Shown: positions 1 through 9,330, counted from the stretch's first letter. The stretch is DNA of 64,000 nt from a virus (IMGVR_UViG_3300048629_000034:49116-113115); one strand, 5' to 3'. Made by a program: numbers and translations. Notes: generated by a model not told the origin, from the sequence alone.

Positions 1-60
1 TTTTCTTATCTGCTCTCTTACTAAGTCATCTACATCTGACTGATCTAGAAAGTCAGCCAT
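1..60 (-). CDS. 5' fragment of a minus-strand gene running off the window (MADFLDQSDVDDLVREQIRK...), possibly terminase large subunit
   Basis: ATG at 60-58 directly after the stop of the gp69-like gene; identity inferred only from N4 synteny (gp69 precedes terminase). Confidence 0.3.
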   Translation of the reverse strand, partial: MADFLDQSDVDDLVREQIRK

Positions 61-69
61 TAATTATCT

Positions 70-930
70 CTATGTATTGTAGTACTCATCATCATCTATT
101 TCTAGCACATCTGCATCTTGTATCTCTTCGATATCAGCTTTCTCTTTTTTGTAGTGTATCTTCTGAGCATCAGCTATATTTCCACCGGAACCAAATGCAG
201 CCTTTTGATTAGCAATTATGCTAGCCATATTATCATTCATCTTTTGGTATTGCTCCATCATTTTATCACTGTATCCAACCTCTAATTGGATCTGCTTGCT
301 TTCGATCTCATCAGGAGCTTTTGTCATATCATACAAGTTTTTAGCTGCTAACATTTCAACCGTAGGACTAACAGCTTTTCCTGTAGCACTTATACCGTTA
401 GCCAGCTCATATGACTTTTGTATCGCCCACTCATTATAATGAGCAAACTTTATACTTGTATGCACTGCTCTTTGTGCTCTAATGTCCTTCATTAGCTGTC
501 TATTATTATATCTGCTTACATGAACATCGTATGGAGTTTTTGTTATCCCAGCAGCTAAGTCATCATGAATCTTTTTTGTCTTAGCTGGGAATACAACTTC
601 GAATGCCTTGACGTTTGGCATAGTATCACATAATATACAGTATTTTAATGCATTAAGAAAATATTCAATATCGTGCGACTGTCCTATTTTACCCATTAGT
701 CCTGAGTGCGATAATAGTTGCTCTTCGAAATCTTCAACATCAATTCCACATTGAGCTTGTGAGTTTTTAATTATATCTACAACTTCGTCAGTAACCATAT
801 GTAGCATATTCTTAGGTACGAACTTCTTTAGCTTTTCTATCGTTATACTATTAGCAGCTATCTTAGCCTCACGCTCTTTATCTATTCTTGTCTTTTGTAT
901 CTCGGTAACTTGTTTCATATTTGGAACCAA
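70..930 (-). CDS. N4 gp69-like conserved phage protein (packaging region)
   Basis: 286 aa, TTG start with GGAG RBS; pattern NALKY..N.KAF..VFP..HVSRYN..L..AIQK..EL..VSP.V..AA..L..TK.P resembles the N4-like protein encoded upstream of terminase. Confidence 0.6.
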   Translation of the reverse strand: MVPNMKQVTEIQKTRIDKEREAKIAANSITIEKLKKFVPKNMLHMVTDEVVDIIKNSQAQCGIDVEDFEEQLLSHSGLMGKIGQSHDIEYFLNALKYCILCDTMPNVKAFEVVFPAKTKKIHDDLAAGITKTPYDVHVSRYNNRQLMKDIRAQRAVHTSIKFAHYNEWAIQKSYELANGISATGKAVSPTVEMLAAKNLYDMTKAPDEIESKQIQLEVGYSDKMMEQYQKMNDNMASIIANQKAAFGSGGNIADAQKIHYKKEKADIEEIQDADVLEIDDDEYYNT

Positions 931-1092
931 CTATCTCCTAGTCTTTATTTATTTTAGTATATCTAATTGCATATTATTTTTTTATTATATATTTTCATTT
1001 CTTTAATATCATATGCGGTTCTAGTCCATAGCGTTGCCAACCGCTTCGCTAGGCAACTTGGAATCACCACGTGTTGTGAGAGAGGAACTTGT

Positions 1093-1605
1093 TTATTTGA
1101 ACGCCAGAGTTTTAGCAGCTCTTTGCATTAGCAATTCCACATTATCAACCACAGGCTCAGGTTCCGGCTCGTAGTCTGCATATTTATCGAGTAACTTTTC
1201 GTACTCTTCAATCAATCGCTCTTCGCTATTTACATAGAAGAACTCGGTATGCCCACTTATTTTGTCATCCATCATCACAGAACCAGATAACAATAACTGA
1301 TGCATTTCCTTCTCTATCTTGCGGAAGCCTTTCGACATCCTATATCGCTTCACACTAGTCCTTGGTATATATCTCCAATGGTTGAACATCGACATCACAA
1401 CCTCAGATAATCTGTGCTGTACCTTACGACTCGTTATCCCCACCTTATATATCGTAGTTGAACCAACACTATTACCATCAGCATCTTTCTCCAGTATTAT
1501 ATCGTGGAATTTATCTCCGCCCATATCTATGCAGATATCGTGTTGGATCTCAAACTTCATAATATATATAATCTGGTTTTTTGCTGATAACTTCTCTTTA
1601 TTCAT
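1093..1605 (-). CDS. GIY-YIG (T5orf172/MUG113-like) endonuclease domain protein
   Basis: IYIMK...IYKVGITSR..QHRL..IEKEMH..GHTEFF motifs. Confidence 0.65.
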   Translation of the reverse strand: MNKEKLSAKNQIIYIMKFEIQHDICIDMGGDKFHDIILEKDADGNSVGSTTIYKVGITSRKVQHRLSEVVMSMFNHWRYIPRTSVKRYRMSKGFRKIEKEMHQLLLSGSVMMDDKISGHTEFFYVNSEERLIEEYEKLLDKYADYEPEPEPVVDNVELLMQRAAKTLAFK

Positions 1606-1608
1606 ATT

Positions 1609-2310
1609 CTAGAATCTTTTTTCGTATCCAAGTTTTATTCCATACTGAGGCTTGTCTCGACCTTGAGTAGTTGAATAATAACCAGAAGCATCGAAGCCTC
1701 CGTTCTTATATGAACCACCTATTTCATTTTTCTTATTTCCACCTGGGTCTCTGTCGACATCTGCATACATATTGTAACTGACAGGCGTTCCGTCTGGAAG
1801 GTTATATTTATCTCCATACGATACTCTTCCTCCGTAAGCAGCACGCCCTGCGGAATCTGGTCTCATGTATCTTGTATCAACTTTGATATTGCCGAACTTA
1901 TCTCCAGCATGAGCAATCGTCATATCGCCGTCATATCCTCTATCGTTAGTCATCTTTCTTCCGACATTAGCATATGCAGAACCAGACAATGGAGCATTAG
2001 CCTGAACATATAAATCAAGTGCCCGTGATACATCACCACCTTGTTCCAATTCTGGCTCAATGTATTGGATCTCGTTCTTTGGTCCATCGTATCCAGCTTC
2101 AACTGCAGCAAGATAATTAGCCGTATCTTGAGCTACAGCTTCATTATATTGTTCTATCGCAGTTTGAGATGCTATTCTATTTCTGTCTCTAGCCGTAAGT
2201 TCTCCTTTTAACTTACCTAAATCTAATCCAGTGTCATACTGAAATATACCGTTTCTGCTTTTGTCTTTTGTTCTGATTTGCTTCCGCTTTTTATCTACAT
2301 ATACCGACAT
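1609..2310 (-). CDS. hypothetical protein with Gly/Tyr-rich beta-strand C-terminus ending in Phe
   Basis: 233 aa ORF, AAGGA RBS, consensus sigma70 promoter upstream. Confidence 0.75.
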   Translation of the reverse strand: MSVYVDKKRKQIRTKDKSRNGIFQYDTGLDLGKLKGELTARDRNRIASQTAIEQYNEAVAQDTANYLAAVEAGYDGPKNEIQYIEPELEQGGDVSRALDLYVQANAPLSGSAYANVGRKMTNDRGYDGDMTIAHAGDKFGNIKVDTRYMRPDSAGRAAYGGRVSYGDKYNLPDGTPVSYNMYADVDRDPGGNKKNEIGGSYKNGGFDASGYYSTTQGRDKPQYGIKLGYEKRF

Positions 2311-2336
2311 ATAATATCCTTATCTTCATAGAACCA

Positions 2337-2365
2337 ATTATACCTTACCGATATCAATTTGTCAA
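2337..2365 (-). promoter_or_regulatory. host sigma70-type promoter for minus-strand (late) genes
   Basis: perfect TTGACA (2365-2360) - 17 bp - TATAAT (2342-2337) on the minus strand. Confidence 0.8.
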
Positions 2366-2688
2366 CCTTATATCTAGTCCGACCATATTTGGCTCTGACG
2401 GTATTATAATATTTTGGAGATGTTGTGGTATGGATTAGTCCTGTTATCGTCTTGGTGCCCCCGGGTGTGATCATGGGGAGGTGATGTTGGGTTGTTTTAT
2501 TGGAGGGGGAGGTTGAGGGAAAACCATATTTTGGAAATTTGTAGCATGTATGAAAATGTGATGTTCCCCATATACGGAAGCTCGCAATCGAAACATACCC
2601 CGCCCTATCAATTCAAATTCTAATAACGATACTTATATTTCTAGCAGAGTTACTTTCTCTCGGAAATAATCTTCTCCATATACTTTGT

Positions 2689-2720
2689 AATACAGTTCCT
2701 GTATTTTTTCTATCTATTGG
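2689..2720 (+). promoter_or_regulatory. N4-type virion RNAP hairpin promoter P1
   Basis: AATACAG-TTC-CTGTATT (7-bp stem, GAA loop on template strand) + TTTT + CTATCTATTGG. Confidence 0.7.
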
Positions 2721-2793
2721 ATAAATCCGTTATCCGTTTTAACTGTATCATATAGATACAATCACAACCCATATTACTGTAGGAGGTATATTT

Positions 2794-3126
2794 ATGGAAA
2801 ATCTAACTTTATTAATCGTTGTAGCCTTAGTTGGTCTTTATATTGTAAACAGACTTGATTTGTTTGACAATGGTGAAAAGTATGCGAAAGCTACTTTAAG
2901 AAAAGCAGTTATCAAACAAGAAGCTTCTCTTAAGAAGACTGAGGTTTCTGTTGGTAGAAAGAATGCCGAGCTGGCCGAATCTTTAGTTGACAATCCAATA
3001 TTGTCAACTAAAGCACTTGGTTCTGTGGTCAATCAAGCTAGTAATATATATTCACAACAAATTGTTGCTGATATACAATCTAGATTGAAATCAACTACAA
3101 CTGGTAGTAACACACCACCAATGTAG
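2794..3126 (+). CDS. early membrane-anchored coiled-coil protein (C-terminus NTPPM)
   Basis: AGGAGG RBS; N-terminal hydrophobic helix; paralog of 6146-6436. Confidence 0.8.
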   Translation: MENLTLLIVVALVGLYIVNRLDLFDNGEKYAKATLRKAVIKQEASLKKTEVSVGRKNAELAESLVDNPILSTKALGSVVNQASNIYSQQIVADIQSRLKSTTTGSNTPPM

Positions 3127-3144
3127 TTGTAGTTGCTGGGGCTT

Positions 3145-3176
3145 AATTGCCTTCAGCAATTTCTTTTATCTATTGG
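3145..3176 (+). promoter_or_regulatory. N4-type hairpin promoter P2 (overlaps a terminator-like hairpin at 3133-3159)
   Basis: AATTGCC-TTC-AGCAATT + TCTT + TTATCTATTGG, same spacing as P1. Confidence 0.6.
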
Positions 3177-3252
3177 ATACTATATATTGTATCCGTCGTC
3201 TATCTATTGCTCTTCTGAGTTAATCTAATTTATATCTTGAAAGGATATTATA

Positions 3253-3681
3253 ATGGCAAAAAATAAAACTGAATCTAAAAATGTGTTTGTAAACTTAGAC
3301 AATGGGATTTCTCTGAACGGTCTAAAGACTGAACTGTCTGAAGATAAGTTATTCGAATGGGCTGAAGCATCAGTTGGAATGATGTTCAAACTTCATTTCA
3401 AATCTAAATCTGATGGGTATACAGAGTACCCTGGGATTTCTGATATTGAAGCATCACTAGATGCTCTAAACCAATTTAAAGATGCTGCTGGCAACAGCAA
3501 ATTCTTCACCAAATGTCAATCGTCACCTGACATTTGGGCAGCAATTGATGTTGCTGCTGTAAAACAATTAACATTCAATAAGTCTGGAGTATGGATTACT
3601 CTTGGTAGTCCACATATCATCCCAACTGAGGATGAAATCGAGGCTAGCAAAGCAGCTGTAGCTGCCTACCTAGCTGATTAA
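3253..3681 (+). CDS. early hypothetical protein
   Basis: 142 aa, AAGGA RBS, followed by a terminator. Confidence 0.8.
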   Translation: MAKNKTESKNVFVNLDNGISLNGLKTELSEDKLFEWAEASVGMMFKLHFKSKSDGYTEYPGISDIEASLDALNQFKDAAGNSKFFTKCQSSPDIWAAIDVAAVKQLTFNKSGVWITLGSPHIIPTEDEIEASKAAVAAYLAD

Positions 3682-3686
3682 GTTAT

Positions 3687-3724
3687 CCGAGCTTCGGCTT
3701 GGGTTTCTTATTCTTCTTTTTTTT
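3687..3724 (+). terminator. intrinsic terminator
   Basis: CCGAGC-TTCG-GCTTGG hairpin followed by a T-rich tract. Confidence 0.75.
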
Positions 3725-3726
3725 AC

Positions 3727-3842
3727 CTTCTCCATATACATCATTTCACTATCAATCTCATACATCTCAAATCATTACCTTCTCCATACACAGTCTTCTA
3801 TCAATCTAACTTCTACTAATCTATTCTAACTTCTCCATATAC
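3727..3842 (+). repeat. CTTCTCCATAYAC repeats (3727, 3779, 3830; also 2671)
   Basis: 13-bp motif seen four times, three copies at about 52-bp spacing. Confidence 0.75.
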
Positions 3843-3901
3843 TTCAGGGCAGGGGATAGTGTCAAGAGGAAGTACCGTATTACAGATAGTGCAGACCTCT
3901 T

Positions 3902-3933
3902 AATTCTCTTCGAGAATTTTTTCTATCTATTGG
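3902..3933 (+). promoter_or_regulatory. N4-type hairpin promoter P3
   Basis: AATTCTC-TTC-GAGAATT + TTTT + CTATCTATTGG. Confidence 0.7.
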
Positions 3934-3996
3934 TAACTCTATATATGATAGAACCAACAACAACCAGCATTATTATACATTATAAAAGGAAACATT

Positions 3997-4089
3997 ATGG
4001 AATACATACAATTTATATTCGGATGGATATTATTTCTATCTATCGTATTAGGCATACCATTATATATGGCATACCAAGATAGGGGTTAA
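3997..4089 (+). CDS. 30-aa single-TM peptide (MEYIQFIFGWILFLSIVLGIPLYMAYQDRG)
   Basis: AAAGGA RBS, directly downstream of P3; below the ORF-track size cutoff. Confidence 0.6.
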   Translation: MEYIQFIFGWILFLSIVLGIPLYMAYQDRG

Positions 4090-4235
4090 TTATTTGTGTC
4101 AACCGACTCATCATCGAGACATATTCTATGAAACAGACACAAATGCAGTAACGATAGGGCTTATAAAGCTTTATGGCTCAAATATGTGTGTCAGCGACAC
4201 AATTGCAAAAGCTGACTCATTTGTGTCAACCAGAA

Positions 4236-5012
4236 CTAACATTCTGGCTCCTCATCATCATTTACTTCATATAATAAGTCTTTTAGAACTGTCGATATAT
4301 GTGATTTAGATATTTTCAATAGTTTCATATTCGTAACTGCAAGTCTTGTTATCTCATAAGCTTGAGCTAACATTGGATCTCCAGGTTCTTCCTCTTGCTG
4401 ATCATCATTGCTCTCCTTAGCCAGCTTCTCGAGATATTCTATATCTTTACGAATTACAGATAGTACATCAGTTAATCTTCCAGACATAGTCTCATACATT
4501 CCACCTTTAAATAACAGATCCAATACAGTTGGTCTAGTTTTATTAATGTATGAACAATGCACAAGTAACTTCTTACTAACAGAATGTTTCTGAGCAGCCA
4601 TCATTTGATTTATACCTTTGGCTTTATGTTCTCGGAATGCAGTAATAGCTAATATAGTCTTAGTACTATGGACTCTGGTTCTAGTCTGACCTATCATTAC
4701 TTCAAGATCTTCAATCTTAGTATTAGATGGAATTTCAACAGCATATATATCTTCGATACCTGCTTTGATACAACCATCAAGTCTATTACGACCATCAACA
4801 ACAGAAGTTTTACCTCGTTTCTTCCATAACCATATTGGTTCTAATTGACCATCTATCTTAAGTGATTGACCAATAGATTGTCTTTCATCTTCAGATCCAT
4901 ATGGTTGAGTCCAAGTAACTTTGTGGTAATTCTTGATATCCTGTTGATAATGGTCAGCTACTTTTACAAGCTGCCAAGTTTCAGTATTCTTTGCTAATCT
5001 AGCTTTTGTCAT
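4236..5012 (-). CDS. ParB/Srx N-terminal domain + HTH protein
   Basis: SLKIDGQLEPI...VVDGRNRL ParB motif; start moved to ATG 5012 with AGGAG RBS. Confidence 0.8.
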   Translation of the reverse strand: MTKARLAKNTETWQLVKVADHYQQDIKNYHKVTWTQPYGSEDERQSIGQSLKIDGQLEPIWLWKKRGKTSVVDGRNRLDGCIKAGIEDIYAVEIPSNTKIEDLEVMIGQTRTRVHSTKTILAITAFREHKAKGINQMMAAQKHSVSKKLLVHCSYINKTRPTVLDLLFKGGMYETMSGRLTDVLSVIRKDIEYLEKLAKESNDDQQEEEPGDPMLAQAYEITRLAVTNMKLLKISKSHISTVLKDLLYEVNDDEEPEC

Positions 5013-5075
5013 ATTGACTCCTTTATTTATAAGGAAAGTATACAGCAATTATACTTAAAAGTAACTGAATAAGTA

Positions 5076-5336
5076 ACCGAAAGCTATAGCAAATATATAT
5101 TATAGCTTTTATTTCTTGTAAACTACCACAGTTAACATCTTTATAGCTAATAAATATAACAAAAAGAGGGTAAAAGTAACTGTATTTGCACAATTATATT
5201 CCAGTTACTTTTTATACAATTACAGAGGTACGCAGTTCCACTTGTAATACTATAGGGCACTGACTTTTTGGTAAGAACATGTTAACTGTGGTGGCTAGAG
5301 TACCGAAAGCTATAGCATGTTCCAATTATAGCTTTT
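5076..5336. repeat. operator-like repeat array upstream of ParB-like gene
   Basis: ACCGAAAGCTATAGCA-N9-TATAGCTTTT at 5076-5110 and 5302-5336; perfect 14-bp inverted repeat ACCACAGTTAACAT at 5125-5138 / 5279-5292. Confidence 0.75.
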
Positions 5337-5582
5337 GCAGGAATATAAATAGTATTATTTTATATTGCATGGAGTCAATAGTGTGCTCATCCGCTAACGC
5401 TACGAGCACATTCTCCATCACAAATAGGAGAGAAGGAAAATACATAAAACTAGCATAATTTCTTTCCTTCTAAAAAGGACAACCTCCACAGAGCCCATCT
5501 GATGGGGCCTACACGACTATCCACGACCAACTTTGCCACAACAACCTGGCCTATACAGACTCTATATAAAAGGAAGCACAAA

Positions 5583-5795
5583 ATGCACAACCAAACTCAA
5601 TACCAATCAAACCCACTACAGGACTCATTAGACATCCAATTCAGCGAGATTAACCTAATCAACAGTACATCATATGCAGCGGAGCTAAACACCAGTAAAC
5701 TCAAGCTATCGAACAAATACGAACAGCGCATAACTAAGTCAAAGCTATGGCATAATCCTTCAATGGCTGAGCTCATATCTGCGATCAAATCATAA
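5583..5795 (+). CDS. hypothetical protein
   Basis: AAGGA RBS before ATG 5583. Confidence 0.55.
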   Translation: MHNQTQYQSNPLQDSLDIQFSEINLINSTSYAAELNTSKLKLSNKYEQRITKSKLWHNPSMAELISAIKS

Positions 5796-5939
5796 CCATC
5801 TAACCCACAACAGAACCTCTTCCGTTACAGGGTTGGGCTAGCGTCAGCGGTGCCCAACATATCTATTAGAACCAAATAGTCAGAACATGTAATAAATTAA
5901 ATTATAAAAAAAGAAATAGATAACAAACAGCTTCTTTTT

Positions 5940-5971
5940 ACTACGCTTCGCTTCGTTTTTCTATCTATTGG
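5940..5971 (+). promoter_or_regulatory. N4-type hairpin promoter P4 (imperfect stem, GCGAAGC core on template)
   Basis: ACTACGC-TTC-GCTTCGT + TTTT + CTATCTATTGG, identical spacing to P1/P3. Confidence 0.6.
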
Positions 5972-6145
5972 ATATCTTTGCCACTCCTACATTAGGCAAT
6001 TATATCTAGATAACGGAAATTATCCATAACATAACAATAGTAGTTATGGAATATATTTATCGAACCAATGACGACTCCTACAATAGTTGTTGGTTCTATT
6101 AAGTATATATCGCATTATATACAAATCAAATACAAAGGAAACATT

Positions 6146-6436
6146 ATGTTAGAAATAGGAATAGCAATAGCTGCAGGTATATATATCTGGATGAATCGTG
6201 AGAGAGTTAAAACTTACTCATCAACTCAAGAGGAAGCGTCTAAAGTGGCAGCAAAGAAAGCTGAAGTAGATATGCAAGAAGATCTAGCTGAGCTTGAAGA
6301 AGAAGTACTGGAGACAATCCAAAATAATAACGGTAAGTGGCATTCAGTTAAATCAATTGACAAACTAATTAGAGAAGCTAAGAAGAAAACACTAGCTGAC
6401 CTGCAACAAGTACCAACAAATACACCACCAGTGTAA
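6146..6436 (+). CDS. early membrane-anchored coiled-coil protein (C-terminus NTPPV)
   Basis: AAGGA RBS before ATG 6146; TM helix; paralog of 2794-3126. Confidence 0.8.
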   Translation: MLEIGIAIAAGIYIWMNRERVKTYSSTQEEASKVAAKKAEVDMQEDLAELEEEVLETIQNNNGKWHSVKSIDKLIREAKKKTLADLQQVPTNTPPV

Positions 6437-6551
6437 ATTCATAGAACCAATTATCAGTATTGGTTCTGTTGAGTTTATTATATATCGCATAGTAAACCAA
6501 ATCGTTTTATGTATCACAGATAGTGAGAACCAATCATCCAAAGGAAACAAA

Positions 6552-7217
6552 ATGAGTAAATTAACTAAAGAACAACTAATCGCACAAATCGCAGAAGCAG
6601 CTAAAACTAGAGCAATCGAAGCATCAGATAGAATTGAAGAGATCAAACTAACTAATGAATTAACATATATCCAGTCAGATAAATATCTAGATGATCAAGT
6701 TAAGTTAGCCGATGATAAAATTCTGCTGGCTATAACTAAGCCATTGAATGCAATCAGTGATCTATCTTTCACTAGATATAAAGAGTTTATGTTTGGTTCA
6801 CAACTTAATGAATTACTTGGAGCTATCAGAACTGTACAATTCCAGAAGAAAGAGGGCCATGTTCCACTAAATGAAGCTATCCTAACTTCTCCAGAGCTAG
6901 AGCAATTCATTAATATAATCGACCTGCATGGATCTGAATTACCTGAAGCTATGGGCAGACAGACTTACTTTGATAAGTTAACTGGAACTATTGTGTCTGG
7001 TACTATTGGTGATGCTGAGCAAGCAAGAGATATCTTATCTACAATATGTAGAGAACTTGGATTGTGTAATGTATCACTAAGCAAAGTGTCGCATGCGCAC
7101 TTTACATTATTAGAGGACAAAGCTGTAATAAGAGCAAATCAAATGCTGGAAGACAACCAATTATTATCTGGTGAAGCAGTATCAGCTTCTGAAGACATAG
7201 TATACCAAACAGCATAG
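6552..7217 (+). CDS. early hypothetical protein
   Basis: 221 aa, AAGGA RBS. Confidence 0.8.
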   Translation: MSKLTKEQLIAQIAEAAKTRAIEASDRIEEIKLTNELTYIQSDKYLDDQVKLADDKILLAITKPLNAISDLSFTRYKEFMFGSQLNELLGAIRTVQFQKKEGHVPLNEAILTSPELEQFINIIDLHGSELPEAMGRQTYFDKLTGTIVSGTIGDAEQARDILSTICRELGLCNVSLSKVSHAHFTLLEDKAVIRANQMLEDNQLLSGEAVSASEDIVYQTA

Positions 7218-7221
7218 GCTC

Positions 7222-7257
7222 AAGTTAGTGGGGAGTGATCCCTGCTAAACATTTTTT
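7222..7257 (+). terminator. intrinsic terminator
   Basis: TTAGTGGG...CCCTGCTAA hairpin followed by a T run. Confidence 0.55.
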
Positions 7258-7292
7258 AACACTATAATTAACTATAATTGAAAGGATAGTAA

Positions 7293-9194
7293 ATGAGTAA
7301 TAACAACACAATGACAATAAGAGAAAGACTAGCAGAGAGAGTAAGTTTTAGAACACAACTGCAAGAGCATGGAAAGCTTCTATTGCCTTTAGAGATAACG
7401 GATAGACTAACATTCGAACCAAGTGACAGGCTATTACTTATGTGGCAGGCAATCTGGAATAACTACCTAAGGAATCACAGTAGTACACCTACTCCATATT
7501 GGTATGATGAAGTAAACAGTCCAGCAGAATTTAATCAATTTACTAAAGCATGTTGTGATGCTGGTTGGATCAAATCTATAGTGGTACCAACTAGACACTG
7601 GGCTGAACTTGAATTAGTTGAGTCTAAGCTTCATGAATATATCGAACCAGCTATGATACTTCATATGAGAGGACACAAGAAATTCGTTAAATATGTAATG
7701 ACTGAAACTAAAGCCGAATCTAATATCTTCGGAGACACTCCAAGTGAAACAATAACTAAAGCATCTCGTACTAGAGTTAATGGTAAAGTATCTGATACAG
7801 GTATCACTAGAACTGGATTTGCTAAGGCAGGTAAATCTAAATTCAAATTCGATACAGCTAAACTAGTTGAATATTATGATGCAATCATTGCTAATACTAC
7901 TAAAGGTATCGCTAAAGCAGTGGCGAAGCATAACATCAAGCTAGATGGTGCAGATTATCAATCAATCAGTACTGATATAGTAGACTACTATATACATTCT
8001 GATGGAGTATATCAACTGGGTGCTAATATAAATGATTCCCGTGGAAGAGCAATCAGTTCTGCATTAACTAGAGTATTTAATCCAATCGGCTTCAAGGACG
8101 CTAGAGCATTACTATTATTAGAACCAAAGCTAATAACTGATCGACCTGAGTACCTACATGCAATATATCTATTTATAGCTGAACTAAATGGTATCAAGCG
8201 ATGTGAATCAGAACAAGAGAAGGCAAATCTAGGTAAGAAATTCTATATCAACAGAGAATTACCTGAGTTAGATCTAACTGATGAGGAGGACCTAAAAGAT
8301 CTACATGAACTTATTTGGTTGGAACGACTGTATGACGAACTGGACGAGCTTAAATCACTATCTAAAGATGCTGCTTGGAGAACTTGTGTACCTTTAGAAA
8401 ATGACGCCGGAGCTTCACTTCTACAGTTCGATGCAGTATTACTTAATCACAAACCATACATGGAAAGAACCAACTTATTAGTTGAAACTGGTATAACTGA
8501 TCCTTGGTATATCGATGGACTAACTAGACCTCAAGTGAAATTTACTTGTACACCGTATTTGTATGGCTCTAGTCAGACTCCAGAAAAACTATGGTCAAAG
8601 AATAAAGTGCCGTTTATTAAACGTGATGTAGCACTTATGTCGCATCATCTTAGAAACGGTGACTATGCAGTAGCAAACTTATTTAAGAACTTCATAATCG
8701 ATAATGTACAACCTACAGAGTCAATGAAAATCAAAATATGGAATGAAGAATTTACTATTGAATGTAACAGATTCAAGAATGTAGGTGATTATACTAAGAT
8801 ATACAAACTGTATAATTCAACTACGGGTACAATTGAACGAATAGCTCATACACATACACATAAAGTACCTGATTTGGTTCAATTCAGAAGATACTTCAAA
8901 ACACTTCTAACTCATAATCTTGATTCACAAGTAGCTAACAATGTATGTAAGCAATTGGACTGGTCGCTATCTATCCATGATGCATTTGTAACTTATGCTA
9001 CAGATGCGAAGTTGACTAGACAATTATATGCAGAGCAGATTGAGGCAGTATATGCAGACAGACAACAAATCTTAAATGATTTCTTCAAGTCTATCAATCT
9101 TCATCCAAGAGCTATGAAACAATGGAAACAGTTACAAGAGCAAATCATACCGCTAGAAGGTGATTTCAAATGTAATGATATGGCCCTAAAGTAA
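7293..9194 (+). CDS. single-subunit T7/N4-RNAPII-like DNA-directed RNA polymerase
   Basis: DSRGR, motif A (ENDAGASLLQ), motif B (RPQVK..TPYLYG), THNLDSQVA, motif C (SIHDAF). Confidence 0.9.
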   Translation: MSNNNTMTIRERLAERVSFRTQLQEHGKLLLPLEITDRLTFEPSDRLLLMWQAIWNNYLRNHSSTPTPYWYDEVNSPAEFNQFTKACCDAGWIKSIVVPTRHWAELELVESKLHEYIEPAMILHMRGHKKFVKYVMTETKAESNIFGDTPSETITKASRTRVNGKVSDTGITRTGFAKAGKSKFKFDTAKLVEYYDAIIANTTKGIAKAVAKHNIKLDGADYQSISTDIVDYYIHSDGVYQLGANINDSRGRAISSALTRVFNPIGFKDARALLLLEPKLITDRPEYLHAIYLFIAELNGIKRCESEQEKANLGKKFYINRELPELDLTDEEDLKDLHELIWLERLYDELDELKSLSKDAAWRTCVPLENDAGASLLQFDAVLLNHKPYMERTNLLVETGITDPWYIDGLTRPQVKFTCTPYLYGSSQTPEKLWSKNKVPFIKRDVALMSHHLRNGDYAVANLFKNFIIDNVQPTESMKIKIWNEEFTIECNRFKNVGDYTKIYKLYNSTTGTIERIAHTHTHKVPDLVQFRRYFKTLLTHNLDSQVANNVCKQLDWSLSIHDAFVTYATDAKLTRQLYAEQIEAVYADRQQILNDFFKSINLHPRAMKQWKQLQEQIIPLEGDFKCNDMALK

Positions 9195-9210
9195 TCTCAT
9201 TAACTATCTA

Positions 9211-9250
9211 ATTATATCTATACCGAAAGGTGTAGGTATAATTTTTTTTT
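9211..9250 (+). terminator. intrinsic terminator
   Basis: 14-bp stem with GAAA loop followed by a T run. Confidence 0.8.
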
Positions 9251-9330
9251 ACAATGAAAGAAAATGGATAGAATATTATAGGTATAATCTTATGATATCT
9301 ATTTTTTTACGAAAGATAGAAAGGAAAATT

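Noticed and set aside
3727-3842. Regularly spaced 13-bp repeats as a mini CRISPR array
   Set aside because: Repeats are too short, spacers are low-complexity and resemble each other, and no cas genes are present (the Cas4-like nuclease is a common phage exonuclease)
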